A stretch of DNA of 64,000 nt from Phaeosaccion multiseriatum. Its lineage: Eukaryota > Protista > Ochrophyta, other classes. Positions 1 to 12,905 of the stretch are shown here, piece by piece. The translations under genes were made by a program, and so were the position numbers. How positions within the stretch are numbered: position 1 is the stretch's first letter; every line of letters starts with the position of its first letter. The notes under the pieces were generated by a model. It saw only the letters and a list, made by a program, of their open reading frames with translations, was not told where the DNA came from and did not search any database. The stretch covers positions 3,224,001 to 3,288,000 of the forward strand of contig OZ218954.1 in assembly GCA_965112735.1 (NCBI GenBank), in the 5' to 3' direction.

Positions 1-608
1 TTTGTATGTTTATCATCACTCTGCTCATTGATTTGACAAAAAGCATTTGCAATTTGCAATCAATCGGTCTCTCGTCCGATGATTGGTTGGGCCGTCTCTC
101 TCTTTCTCTCTCTCGAGTCGAGCTGACCCGCACGCACACACGCGCGCACGTCCGCCATACAGAGTGAGCGGACTCCGAGTCGAGTCGCTCGTGTCTGCGC
201 GGAGGGGGTGTCCCATGTTCCAGGGCCCCCCGTGTTGCGTTACGATCTGCAATCGTTCCGTTCGGAATCAGTTCCGGTGCGCTTCTCCCCAGCAGGCAGT
301 ATACTTGTACTTCCGCTGGCTTTTGTTCGGTGCTGTTTGCTGGCTGCGCGTATTTTGCTTGACCCGAAGGGAAGGAAGGGATGAAACTGATGAAACAGTC
401 CGACGGCCGGGAGGCTGAGGGACAAGCCAAGAAGACTCTTTCTCTTTCACTCGTCCCACTCAGGAAATCAGAGGCTAAGGACCAAAGGAGGGAGTTCGGA
501 GAGAGTACACAGAGAGTTCATGAGCCCCTCGTCCTCCCGCGCCCCGTGTTGAAGCCCATCTGCTGCCATCTGTCGCGACCCATCCATCCATCCATCCATC
601 ACGATCAC

Positions 609-765
<157 letters not shown>

Positions 766-899
766 GCACCATCTCCTTCAATGCAGTTGCTGGCCCTGCC
801 CTCTCTGAGGGAGATGGCATTCGATGGCATGGTCCACCTCAGAGTCCCCTTTCCCCTCTCCTTCCTCTCTGTCTCTCTCCACATCTCGCGCACGTCCGT

Positions 900-1110
900 C
901 CCTCCTCCTCCTCCTTCTCCTTCTCCTCCTCCCTCCCTCTCCCCCCCCCCCCTCCTCCTCCTCCTCCTCCTCCTCCTCCTCCTCCTCCTCCTCCTTCTCC
1001 TCCTCCTCCTCCTCCTCCTCCTCCTCCTCCTCCTCCTCCTTCTCCTCCTCCTCCTCCTCCTCCTCCTCCTCCTCCTCCTCCTCCTCCTCCTCTTTCTCCC
1101 TCCTCCTCCT
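900..1110. repeat. (CCT)n microsatellite downstream of the channel stop codon
   Basis: Direct inspection. Confidence 0.95.
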
Positions 1111-1165
1111 GCTAGCTACTCTCGGTGACGCTCCTTTCTAATCAGAAACAACCCCTCACCAGCCA

Positions 1166-4100
1166 TCAGCCAGCAAGCCTCCCTACTGACATATCTATCG
1201 CGTCAAGCACAGCGCTCTCCTCCTCTACGCTGGGGCTCCTCACGCGTGCATCTCCTTCCCCTTCTCCTTCTTCTTGTCCTCCTTCGCCCTCCTCCCCGTC
1301 CGCGCAACTCCCCACCTTCAACATCAAAGACGAAGAGTCACTCCCTGGCGTCCCTGATTCCATACTTAGCAACTGCATTCCATCGCTGTGACATTCCGTC
1401 GCTTCGTCGTCGCCAAGAGCAACCGAACTTTCCTCGATGTCAAGGGCGTTGGGGCATGTCGTCGCCAGCCGAGCTATCACCGGTTGTATCACCAACGGCT
1501 GCTGCTGCTCCGGCGTCGCTGACAGCTCCACCCTCTTATGGACTACTGCCTCCCTCACCTTTTCCCCGGCTACTACCTCTCTGCCACCAGCTGCTGTGTC
1601 ACCAACTGCTTGTCGTTTCCCTGTCTCCAGCGTGGACGATGGCGGCAGTCCCCCTACTCGATCGCTACCCTCCCTCTCCTCCTTCTTCTCCTCCTCCTCA
1701 TCATCATCATCCTCCTCCCCCTCCACCTCCTCCTCCTCCTCCTCCTCCTCCTCCTCCTCCTCCTCCTCCTCCACCACCTCCACCTCCACCTCCTTCTCTC
1801 TCTCCTTATCCTCGCTAACATCCACCGGCTGAGCCTGAATCTGCAAAGCCGTGAAGCTCTTCCTCCCCCCATCTGGCGGCACAGCAGCAGTCGATCCTGC
1901 TAGAGCACCCTCTCTCACCAGCTGCATAAATACATGCGTATTGAAGCAGTCGACTTTCTGAAACGCATTCATCGTCCTGGCGCGAGGCGGCAGCTCCCCA
2001 CTGCCGCTACTGCTCAGACCACTCCCCTTTCCTCCCCCACCCCCGCCCACACGCCCACTCCCTCCTTTCCGCGCCCGTCCAGGGGACAACTGAGGTGACA
2101 AGGACTGTTCTTGTTGCTGCTGCTGCTGCTGCTGCTGCTGTTGTTGCTGTTGTTGCTGCTGCTGCTGTACCACCAACTTGTTGGGAGAGTCCGCTCCCAT
2201 CATGCTGCTGACCTCCATCAACAGAGGACGGTACTCCTTCAGCACAGGGAAAGGCTGAGCCGCTGCCTTGGACCTGTGAAACCGTACGGACACGTATGTG
2301 TAACCGTAAAGGCATGTACAAAACAAATGGTAGGGGTTGATGTGGAGTGACTGAGTTAGCGGCGTGTGTGTGTGTGTGTGTGTGTGTGTTGACGGCTGCT
2401 GCCTCCTCCCTCCATCCCCCACTCCGTCCCTCCCCTCCCCTCCCCTCCGTCTCCTCCCTCCGTCTCCTCCCTCCCTCTCTTCCCTCCCTCCCCTCCCCTC
2501 CCCACCCCTCCCCTCCCCTCCCTTCCCTCCCTCCCTTCCCTCCCTACCTCCCTCCCCTCCCCTCCCCTCCCCTCCCCCTCCCTCCCTCCCTCCCTCCCTC
2601 TCCTCCCCTCCCTCCCTCTGTCCCTCTGTCCCATACTCATCCCCGCCCCCCCCCCTCCCCGCTTCACGCACCGACTTAGCTCCTCGAAGGCCTGAGAGAA
2701 CATTGCGCTTTCTAGCGCCTCTCTCAACAGCCTACCAAGCTTGGGGTTCCGAGTCACCATTTTGCTGATGTTGCGATTAGAGAGGAGGTAGAGATGGAGG
2801 GTAGTGAAGGCTCGTACTGCGAGGTCGTGGTCGGGAACCTGTTGTTGTTGTTGAGGAAGGAAGGAGGGAGGGAAGGAGGGACGGAGGGAGGGACGGGCGG
2901 ACGGACGGACGGAAGGACGGAGGGAGGGGGGGAGGGAGGAGGGGAGGGGAGGGAGAAGGGCGTTATTAATCTTCGTATAAGCTTTTACGCACTTGAAGAG
3001 GTATGAGTTTTTGCGGGGAGGGGAGGGGGTGGTGAGGGGAGAGGATGGCACTGGATGGGGAGGGAGGATGGCACTGGATGAGGAGGGGAGGGGATGGTCT
3101 CTAGCCAGAGGTCTGACACGTCTCCAACGATATGCAAATGAGGGATTACAGGCTAAGAGACACATCCCCGCCCCCCCCCCACATCCAGTGCCATCCTCCC
3201 TCCCCATCCAGTGCCATCCTCTCCCCCTGCTTCATCCTCTCCCCTCCACTCCCCTCCTCTCCCCATCCACTGCCATCCCCTCCTCTCCTCTCACCTCAAG
3301 AATCTTGTTAGTGTATCCAAAGAACTTCCCGGAGGGGATGATGGCGAGCACGACTTCGTCCGCTTCACCGTTATGTACAGACACGGTATATGCCTCACCA
3401 ATGCCTTTCACTACGGGGGGGGGGGAGGGAGGGAGGGAGGGAGGGAGGGAGGGAGGGAGGGAGGGAGGGAGGGAGGGAGGGAGGGAGGGAGGGAGGGAGG
3501 GAGGGAGGGAGGGAGGGAGGGAGGGAGGGAGGGAGGGAGGGAGGGAGGGAGGGAGGGAGGGAGGGAGGGAGGGAGGGAGGGAGGGAGGGAGGGAGGGAGG
3601 GAGGGAGGGAGGGAGGGAGGGAGGGAGGGAGGGAGGGAGGGAGGGAGGGAGGGAGGGAGGGAGGGAGGGGAGAGAGCGAGAGAGCGACGGGAAGAGAGGG
3701 GGGAGGGAAGAGAGACCGGAGATGTGCATTCGTTGTTTGTGAGTGGAGAGACTTCTAACATACATTTTCACCACCACCACCACCACCATCCACCTTTCTC
3801 CGTCCGTCCGTCTGTCCGTCCCTCCCTTCCTCCCTCCCTCCCTCCCTTTCCACCACCACCACCGCCGCCGCCATGACTTGCCATCCCCCGTCCCCACCTC
3901 ACACAACTCACCGACAAAGTAGATTCCTTGGCTGAAGCGAGAGCATTCATACACATCTTCTCCCTGCGAGTAGAGCTGCGGACGAAGGTACTGCATGATG
4001 GCGCTCACAAAGCTGAGCTTCTGCCGATGGAAGATGGGAATCACCCGCACACTCGCCGGATGACACTGCAGCATCACCAGCTGTCGGAGCCTCGGCGGCA

Positions 4101-4637
4101 TGCGCTGTAAAATGTACGACTCATCGTAGGCGCTCTTCCACCCCAACAGATACGCCATGTGCGCCCGCACCGCATCCCGCAGCGTCCCCATCACCACCTT
4201 CTCTTCCAGATAGTTATTCACCTCGTTGAGTTGGTTGTTGCGATGCACACCTCCTGACGTGGGGTGTCTGGCCAGATTCCCCACGGAACCAATGACGTAA
4301 CTGAAGAGAGTGGTTCCGCACACCATGGTAAAGACGGCCACCACTCTCTCCCGGTCGTTAAGGGGGGCAATGTCACCGTAACCGACCGTGGTGATGGTGG
4401 TGACGGCCCAATACAGAGAGGCGAGGTAGGTCTTCATCATCTGCGGTAGGATACGTAAGGAATACATAAGCGTAGCAAAGGATAGGACGGCGTGATAGTT
4501 ACTCATTAAATGGATGGTTGGTTGGTTGGTTGGTTGGTTGGTTGGTTGGTTGGTTGGTTGGTTGGTTGGTTGGTTGGTTGGTTGATTGCTTGCTGACTTC
4601 GCTGCTTGGTTGCTTGCTCGCGTGCTTGGTTGGTTGG

Positions 4638-4671
<34 letters not shown>

Positions 4672-7600
4672 CCCTCCCTCCCTCCGTCCGTCCTTCCTTC
4701 TTTCCTTCCGTCCTTCGTTCCTTCCCTTCGTCAATCATTGGTTCCTTCCTTCCTTCTTTCCTTCCGTCCATCCGTCCGTTCTCCCTTCCTTCCTTCCTTC
4801 CTTCCTGCCTTCCTTCTGCCCCTCCTTCCTTGACTTACCTTGTTGCCGGTGAGCCCGTCCTTCACCCACCACGAGTCCGGTGAATCATCGTCTTTAGAGA
4901 AGAACCACCAAATACACGCAAAGATGTGCGCCGAGTAATAGATGATGATGAACACATTCAGCACCTCGTATACGCCGCGAGGAATGTCCAACCCGTGTGA
5001 AGTCCCCTCCTGTTGGTGGGGGGGTTGGTGGTACAGGGGTTGGTGGTACAGGGGTGGGTGCGTAGATTGGTGGGTGGGTGGGTGGGTGGATGTGGGTGCG
5101 GGTGACAGAGTTGGGGGTGGTGGGCGGGACAGGGTGTGGGTGGGGAAAGGTTGTGTGTGTGTGGGTGGGTGGGTGTGTGTGTGTGTGGGTGTGTGTGGGT
5201 GTGGGTGGGTGGGTGGATGGGTCGGTGAGGGAGGGGTGGGTGGGTGGGTGGATGTGTGGATGGGTAGGTGGGCGCGCAGGTAGGGGTGTGGGTGTGGGAG
5301 TGGGTGTGAGGGATGGAGGCAAGGAAGATGAGGGGGACGAGGAGCGAGGAAAAGAGGGACGAGGAGCAAGGAGGACGTGGGAGGGGGTGAGTGCGTGAGT
5401 GAGTGCGTGAGTGAGTGCGTTGAGCCAGTGGGCTGGTGGGTAAGTACATTGCTTCCTCCCTCCCTCCCTCCCTCCCTTCCCTCCTTCCTTCCTTCCTTCC
5501 TTCCCACCCTACAAACACCACATCAGCACACCAAAACACACGAAACACCCCAACAACACCCCAGCAACAGCTCAACAACAGTTCAACAACACCCAAACAT
5601 ACCCACCCAACCTCACCCACCCAACCTCACCCACCTTGTCACCCGTTGCCCGCAGCTCCGTAATCTGCCGCTTTAAGCGCCCCAACCTTCTCAGGCGGAA
5701 AATTCGCAACAGCTGAAGGACTCGAACCCAGCTCGCTGGGCGGTCCCCCAACTGAATGAGATACAAGGGCAGTGTGGACGACATGTCTACAAGGAACCAA
5801 CCCTTCATGTAACGCCCGGCGAGCATGGAGGGCACAGTTACATACACCATCTGTTGGTGATACAGGGAGGCACGGAGGGAGGGAGGGAGGGAGGGAGGGA
5901 GGGGGGGAGGGAGGGCGTGGGAGGAGGGAGGTTTTTCTTAGTTCGGTGCTTCGTTTGCTCGTTCCTGTTCCATACCTATATACCTATCCCTACATGCGCC
6001 GACCGCACGCACCTACCCACCCACCGCATCCACTGCCATCCCACGCACCTGACTGCCGACCTCTTGCATATAGGCGGTGCGAAAGGTGAGGAGGATGTCT
6101 ATAAAGAACACGCTATCGACCATCAGCTCCACCACCAGCAGCCAAGTTGGGGTGGCGCTCTGTTTGACATACGCTATCCGGAAGGGGAGAATGATGGCGG
6201 TGAGGACCAGGAGGACTGCCACCACTACGTCCCACTTGAGCTTTAGTTTCTGTTGAAGTGTATGTTGGGCGGTTGGTGATACGCGGGGTGGAGTTGGGGG
6301 TGGGGGGGGGGGAATGGGTTGGGGTGCTGACAAGAGAATTGATGCTTAGTTTTGTCCTCCTCAATGCCCCACCAAACTGGCATACATATTGCTCTAGACT
6401 GCCATGGACTGCCATGGACTGCCATGGACTGCCATGGACTGCCATGGACTGCCATGGACTGCCATGGACTGCCATACATCGCCTGCCATACATCGCCTGC
6501 GATAGCCTGACATCAAAGTCATCCCACCCACCCACTCCGCACACACTCCACTCACTCCACTTCCGTCCATTGCCATCCACTGCCATCGCTCTCCCATCCT
6601 CCCTCCTATCCACCCTCCCTCCATCCACTGCCATCCATCCCGCAGACACCCCCCTCCTGCTCACCTGCTCCGGCACGAGAACTCCTCTCCTGTTCACCTC
6701 CTCTACCATCTCCTCCACCTCGACCACCCCATGCAAGACTTCGCCTGAATCGTTCCTTGCCATACTCGCCAGGCCTTCGTTCCCTTGTCGCCATGTCCGA
6801 ACGAGGGCCATTCCCAGACCACTTGCTCCGCCCTGGTTCGCCTTAGGGTTGACAAGTTGAGAGAGAGAGGGTGGCGGGGTTGTGGTCCAAGTGGGTTAGA
6901 TTGAGGGGAAGGGAGGGGAGGAGAGAGGAGGGGAGCGGATGGGAGGGGAGGGGAGGGGAGGGGAGAGGAGGGGAGGGGAGGGGAGGGGAGCGGAGGGGAG
7001 GGGAGGAGGGGAGGGACGAAGGAGAGGGAAGAGGAGGGCAGAGCCGACTTTTACCCCTACCCCTCCCTCTACCTCCACCGCTTACCTCTTGTCGCGTTCT
7101 CCGATACGCCATCGCCTTCTTCCACACCTGATTTGCGTGTTTTCTCAACAAACGTCCCTTCATCTGCAGTCTCCCGAGGAGGGAGTGTGTGGCGTCCACC
7201 AGCGACGCTCGTCTACTCGACCCTTGCAGTCGGCGTCTGGCCAGTGCTTTGTTGCGTATCCGAAAGGCAACAACGCAGAGGTTGGCGGGGTCAGTGTGCT
7301 TGATGTGGCGCTTGATGGGAGTCACAATGCCATCTGTGAGGATGTTTTCCTTGAGCACGAGACCATCCTTGGTGAGTTGTTCGCACCCCAGCACTGTTTG
7401 CAAAAGGAGGGAGGGAGGGAGGGAGGGAGGGAGGGAGGGAGGGAGGGAGGGAGGGAGGGAGGGAGGGAGGGAGGGAGGGAGGGAGGGAGGGAGGGAGGGA
7501 GGGAGGGAGGGAGGGAGGGAGGGAGGGAGGGAGGGAGGGAGGGAGGGAGGGAGGGAGGGAGGGAGGGAGGGAGGGAGGGAGGGAGGGAGGGAGGGAGGGA

Positions 7601-10600
7601 GGGAGGGATTGAGTGAGTGAGGGTCGGACTGACTGACTGACGGAATAAGCGTGTGTATGGGCGTTAGAGTGCGGAGGGGAGATTCAGACCCTTCATCCGT
7701 CCCTCCGTCCCTCCCTCTCTTCTTATTCCCTCCCCCACCCACCCACCCACCCACCCACACCCACACCAACCCACCTTCCTCCCATGCCTCCCTGATCTCC
7801 TCCGCCGTCTCTTCAAAGTGCTCCTTGACTTCGGCATACATGGCAAGCATTGGCAGCAAGTCGCCCTGGTCGAACCAAATCAGATCCGAGGGGGCAGCGG
7901 CATAGAAGGTCGCGGGACACGCACTCTGCTCTCCAATCAAACACTCTAATCCAAAGGATGAGCCTGAGCTCCAGGTGCCCACAAAGGCTCCTAAGTGGGT
8001 GTCCACGTTGGCGGAGGTCGAGATGAAGGACTGGTAGTTGAGAAAGCCGCTGCCCCCCCCACCACCACCCCCTCCTCCTCCTCCTCCTCCTCCTCCTCCT
8101 CCTCCTCTCACTCCCCCGCTCCCTCCTCCTGCTCCTCCTCCTCCTTTTTCTCCCCTTCCGTCATCATCCGTCTCAGACCCACACGAGTCATCCTCCACGT
8201 CCTCGAAGGTCTCCTCCGCGTAGCCCTCCACCCTCCCCTTGACCACAAAGTACATTTCCAGCAGGACGTCGTGCTGATGACATATAATGTCACCATACTG
8301 TGCTTCCATGGGCTTGAGCTTGGTGACGAGGAGGGAGAGGAGGTCGTGGCTGAAGAGTACGGGGTCTTGAAACAGACTGAGCTGATGGAGGAGTGTCTTG
8401 TTGTTGCCGAGGAGGGTTTGGTACCGCAAGGGTTTGGGTAGGTCGGACAAGATGGCGCCTTCATTGAACACTGACGTTTTGAAGTAGTAGTACCTGTTTA
8501 TGAGAGGGGGGAGGGAGGGAGGGAGGGAGGGAGGGAGGGAGGGAGGGAGGGAGGGAGGGAGGGAGCGAGGGAGGGAGGGAGGGAGGGAGGGAGGGAGGGA
8601 GGGAGGGAGGGAGGGAGGGAGGGAGGGAGGGAGGGAGGGAGGGAGGGAGGGAGGGAGGGAGGGAGGGAGGGAGGGAGGGAGGGAGGGAGGGAGGGAGGGA
8701 GGGAGGGAGGGAGGGAGGGAGGGAGGGAGGGAGGGAGGGAGGGAGGGAGGGAGGGAGGGAGGGAGGGAGGGAGGGAGGGAGGGAGGGAGGGAGGGAGGGA
8801 GGGAGGGAGGGAGGGAGGGAGGGAGGGAGGGAGGGAGGGAGGGAGAGAGAGAGGGAGAGAGGGAAGGAGGGAGGGAGGGAATGAGTCATAAGAGTAAGAA
8901 CACAACGAGGATGGGTACTCTTCAAGCAAAGGGGGCAGGGCGTATCGTTCGTGATGGTCACTATAACTTATGACAACCAAAGTCACGCTGTAAGTGATAG
9001 AGGATGCCAGGGGTCACTTTCAGTGACATATGCTGTCTAAGTGACTTATGGCATTCACCTGTAGTGGCGCTTGACCTGATCGCAGAGCCCGTCGGAGAGC
9101 CTTCTGTCAATGAGGTAATCGGAAACCTCTTGCAAGTTTCGCTGCGTGGCCTTCTGGATAGGGGCGATGTACTTGACGATCCGTCGGGTGGCTGGAAAAA
9201 GGAAAAGAGCGAGGGGGGGAGGGAGGGAGGGGGACAGCAAGGGAGGGAGGGAGAGAGGGAGGGAGGGGGACAGCGAGGGAGGGAGGGAGGGAGGGAGGGA
9301 GGGAGGGAGGGAGGGAGGGAGGGAGGGAGGGAGGGAGGGAGGGAGGGAGGGAGGGAGGGAGGGAGGGAGGGAGGGAGGGAGGGAGGGAGGGAGGGAGGGA
9401 GGGAGGAATTTTGGTTCCGTTTCAGTTCCTTCCTCCGCACTCCTCGCACCCCCCTTGCCCCTCCTCTGATACATTCCGCCCTCTTTGCCTCACGCACTCC
9501 CCTCGCCCCCTTGCTCTGCTCTGACTCACCGGCAATGATGAATCCAAAGAGGGTGGCACCTACAAGCTCGATGAAGATGCACATGAGCATTTCCTTTGGT
9601 TTTGCAGTGAAGGGGTGGGGAGGGGGAGGGGCAGCAGCATTGTTGCATGGGTGGGTCAGCAGCAGGGCGGTGTGTGGCTGGAACATGCGTATGAGACAAC
9701 GGAACAGCACTCCAACTCTCTCTCTCTTCCTCCCTCACTACGGCACTCTCACTCACTCACTCACTCACTCACCCCCCCTACCCACGCACTCACTCACTCA
9801 CTCACCCCCCCTACCCACGCACTCACCCACTCACTCACCCACCCACTCTCCCACCCTTGTCACTCACCTGCTGAGTGTCTGCCGCCACCTCACCGTAGCC
9901 CACTGTCATCATTGTGTAGACGATAAAGTAAAACGCCGCAAGGTACTGGCTGACCATTGCCCCTGGCAGGCCGCACTTCTCCCACCCGCCACTGTGCTGG
10001 TCCTGGATGTAAACGGCATCATAACATGCCACGTAGAACCACAAGCAACCAAGAAGATGGGCGGCGAGGATGACCATCAAGAGGGTCTTGCCAATGCTGG
10101 TGGAGACGGGGCTAATCTCCACCCCGAGTACCGTGAACTTGACCACACGCAGCAGACTTGCCAGGCGGAGGCTCTTTAGTACTTGCAGCACACTCCAGCG
10201 GCTCTGTGACCCCGTGATCCGAAGAAACACAGTGTCCAACGGTACGGCCGACAGCACATCCACGATCATCCAACCGCGGGCGTAGCGAGCCGCTACTAGT
10301 TTGGGGTGGTTGAACAAGACGTCGTCTTCATAGTAGCCCGTATGAAGCTGCACGGCAACATCGGCAATGTAGCACATGTCCACCACCACCGCCATGCCAA
10401 ACCCAAACCCCGCCGCCGGGCTGTTAAAGGCCATCCGCCAGGGTACCACCAGCACCGTATAGAGAAGGAGGAAGGTGATGAGTTGCTCCCAGGCCACCCG
10501 GAAACGATTGAGAGGGTCCAGCATGTAGCGCGAGTGCTTTAGGCGAAGCTGAACGTTACGCTTAGCCCCCCGGGCCTTCTTGCGCAGAAACACCGCACTG

Positions 10601-10987
10601 AAAATGGTCAGTCCTTTCCCTTCCCCTCCTTCTCCCGCCCCGACGACAGGCATCTTGTCCTTGTCGTTGGCCCTCCGAATGTCTTCATCTATATCCTCCC
10701 TGAGCGTCTCCCAAAAGGAGGCCCCTGGTGTGCTGGTGGTGCGTTTCAACCCCGTCCCGCTGTGGGCCCACTTTCGACTTTCTACCCGCTGCAAAATATT
10801 TGTAGGCCGACCTTGAGTCGCCAGCTTCTCAATGTTTCCTCCTCGGCCTGCGGGGTTGATGCGGGCTCGACTGATTTCCCTTTCCCCTTCCCCGTCCCCG
10901 CCGGACGCCGACGCCGCACCCGCCTCCGCTACCGCCTCTGCGACTTTGCTTCCACCCCCCGCGCCGCCCGTTTGCTGTTGTTGCTGA

Positions 10988-11022
<35 letters not shown>

Positions 11023-11145
11023 GTGTTGTTGTTCTTGCCGTAACCTCTCCGGAACGGCGCCCTCCTCCTGGGACTGCCCCGCCCCGCCCCGCCCTCCACC
11101 TCCTCCATTTCCTGCCCCCTCAGCCGAAGCAGCAGCAGCAGCACT

Positions 11146-11186
<41 letters not shown>

Positions 11187-11808
11187 CACTAGCAGTTGGT
11201 GATACAGCAGTATGGTTCACCGCACCACTCCCACTCCCACTCCGCGCACGGCCACTCCCCCCGCCCCTGTCATCAAGACGAGTACGAACGCTCCCGTACA
11301 GCCCCGCGCTACCGCCGAGATGACCTGAATGCCCCAGTCGGCTGTGTCCGTGAAGCAGCTTCAGCTCACCGGAGCCGAAAAAGTTGAAGCTACCCTTCAG
11401 ATTCTCCGCCGTGTTTGCTCTTTGCAGCCGTGCGGAAACAATAGTCTTTCTTTGCCTCGTGGCCTGTACGTGGGCGAGGGTTGAGCGACGCAACCACGGC
11501 CCCGGTTCGTAGTCTTCATCTTCATCTTCATCATCATCACCAGCAGCAGCAGGGTCATCGTCAACTTCATCACCATCAACACTTGGCCCTTCACGTCCCT
11601 CCTGCTCGTCTCGGTGGCCACCTTGGTCATCAAGCAGCCATGTGCGTGAGCTCCGCCACCTCTCCCCAGACCCCCGCCCTCTCAACCCCGCCGAAGACGA
11701 TGGTGGTGGAGGGTGGGACGGGAAAGAATCCTCCTCCGGTGTTTCTGCTGATGCATCATTATGGTGCGCAGTGCTAGCAGTAGCCCCCGCTATCTCGGCA
11801 TATCCCAT
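1166..11808 (-). CDS. Two-repeat cyclic-nucleotide-binding-domain K+ channel (tandem 6TM+pore+C-linker+CNBD), 13 exons
   Basis: Frame-consistent GT-AG introns at ~9595-9868, 9192-9529, 8494-9058, 7394-7775, 6843-7085, 6250-6664, 5851-6048, 5010-5634, 4441-4838, 3411-3911, 2839-3294, 2274-2671. Unit 1: S4 LKSLRLASLLRVVK, pore TMMTVGYGEV, CNBD EMYFVVKGRVE. Unit 2: S4 LLRIFRLRRLGRLKR, pore TITTVGYGDI, CNBD GIYFVVKG…GKFFG. Start taken as the ATG at 11808 (in-frame TAG upstream); the start and the low-complexity tail are less certain. Confidence 0.9.
3036..3226. repeat. Perfect 45-bp inverted repeat with 101-bp spacer inside channel intron 11 (hairpin/MITE-like)
   Basis: 3036-3080 ggggagaggatggcactggatggggagggaggatggcactggatg is the exact reverse complement of 3182-3226. 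Confidence 0.85.
3424..3667. repeat. (GGGA)n tract = sense-strand (CCCT)n at an intron 3' end
   Basis: Perfect tetranucleotide run ending just before the acceptor at 3411. Confidence 0.95.
4515..4830. repeat. Compound intronic microsatellite (GGTT)n/(GCTT)n/(CCTT)n
   Basis: Direct inspection of channel intron 9. Confidence 0.85.
6398..6475. repeat. Decamer tandem repeat (GCCATGGACT) x7
   Basis: Exact 10-nt periodicity inside channel intron 6. Confidence 0.95.
7408..9405. repeat. Three further intronic (GGGA)n tracts (7408-7608, 8508-8880, 9277-9405)
   Basis: Each is (CCCT)n on the sense strand, upstream of a 3' splice site. Confidence 0.95.
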
Positions 11809-12905
11809 GATGCCTCCCTGCACACTGCTGTGGGGCTACAAGGGTAACGACCCTTGTATGCCCCGCTCGTTCCCCTCCTCCTCCCCCGGCTGCAAGGGGC
11901 CTAGCCCCTGCCCGCCGCAAGCCCTATGATTGGCCGTTCTTCTTGCTACTATCGCCACTCATGTGTGTAGGTGAGGGTTTTGTGATGGCTCAACATTTCC
12001 CTTCCCCGTCTGCAGAGTTGATGGGGGGGCGCGAGGGGAGGGTGGGTTGGTTGAGGAGAAACGGAGAGGGAGAGGGAGGGAGGGGAAGAGAGGATAGAGA
12101 GGGAGGGAGAAGGGAAAAGGGGGAGGAAAACCGCAAGTCGCCTTCAGCAAAAGCGTCTAAGCAGCCGGCACCGAGCTCCTTCCTGGTAGACTACGACGCC
12201 GAGGGCTTCGCCAAATCCACTCCCCCCACCCCTGTCTGTTCCTCCCTCCTCCTTGTCCTGCCTGTGTGGATACCCTCCGGCACCAAAGCCCAGCCGGGCT
12301 GCGTCCAAGGTGTGCACTACCCGAAGCTGTGCTGTCTGCTGGTTGGCATATCGCTCTCTGTTAGTACCTTTGTTGCTCTCCTCCTCCTCGTTCCGTGCTG
12401 CTGCCGCTGCTGCTGCTGTTGCTGCCGCCGCTGCTCCTCCTCCTTAGCACGCCCCTCGTTTTCACAGGAGATCAGAGCACCACTCTTGTGTGCTCCGGTA
12501 TGAAAGCTCGCTGATGTTTGTATGCTGCTCTTGCCTCTCTCTCCCTCCCCCTCTCCCAGCTCGCGTAACGCCAAACGGGGCCACGAAATTTCTCATCGAA
12601 CTGCGCCGGATTTGTAACGGTTTGCAGGATCTTCTACCCATTTTTTTCGACGACAGAGGCCAGGGATCTTCTGGTTCTAAGCAGCGGCGCTTCAGAAGAG
12701 TGGTGCTCATCGCGCTTACGCCAGTGAGGGGGGATCCTACACTGAGGATACACAGGAGGGCCCATTCTTCAGCTCTCCCTGTGGACTCTGCATGGTCGAG
12801 GAGTCGTCAACCTCCCGAATTCCCCCCCCCCCCTCCCTAATGGTCGCTTCAGACTAAGAGGTGTGCCGTCAGCGGCCGACCGAATTCAGATCAGTTCAGG
12901 CATCG

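Noticed and set aside
2671-2685. Apparent non-canonical donor GAG|CTAAGT
   Set aside because: A canonical phase-2 CG|GTGCGT donor 8 nt downstream fits the next exon.
11824-11960. In-frame TAG upstream of the channel ORF as possible readthrough or code reassignment
   Set aside because: No homology upstream, no internal stops in any conserved exon, and TAA, TAG and TGA all act as terminators in the window.
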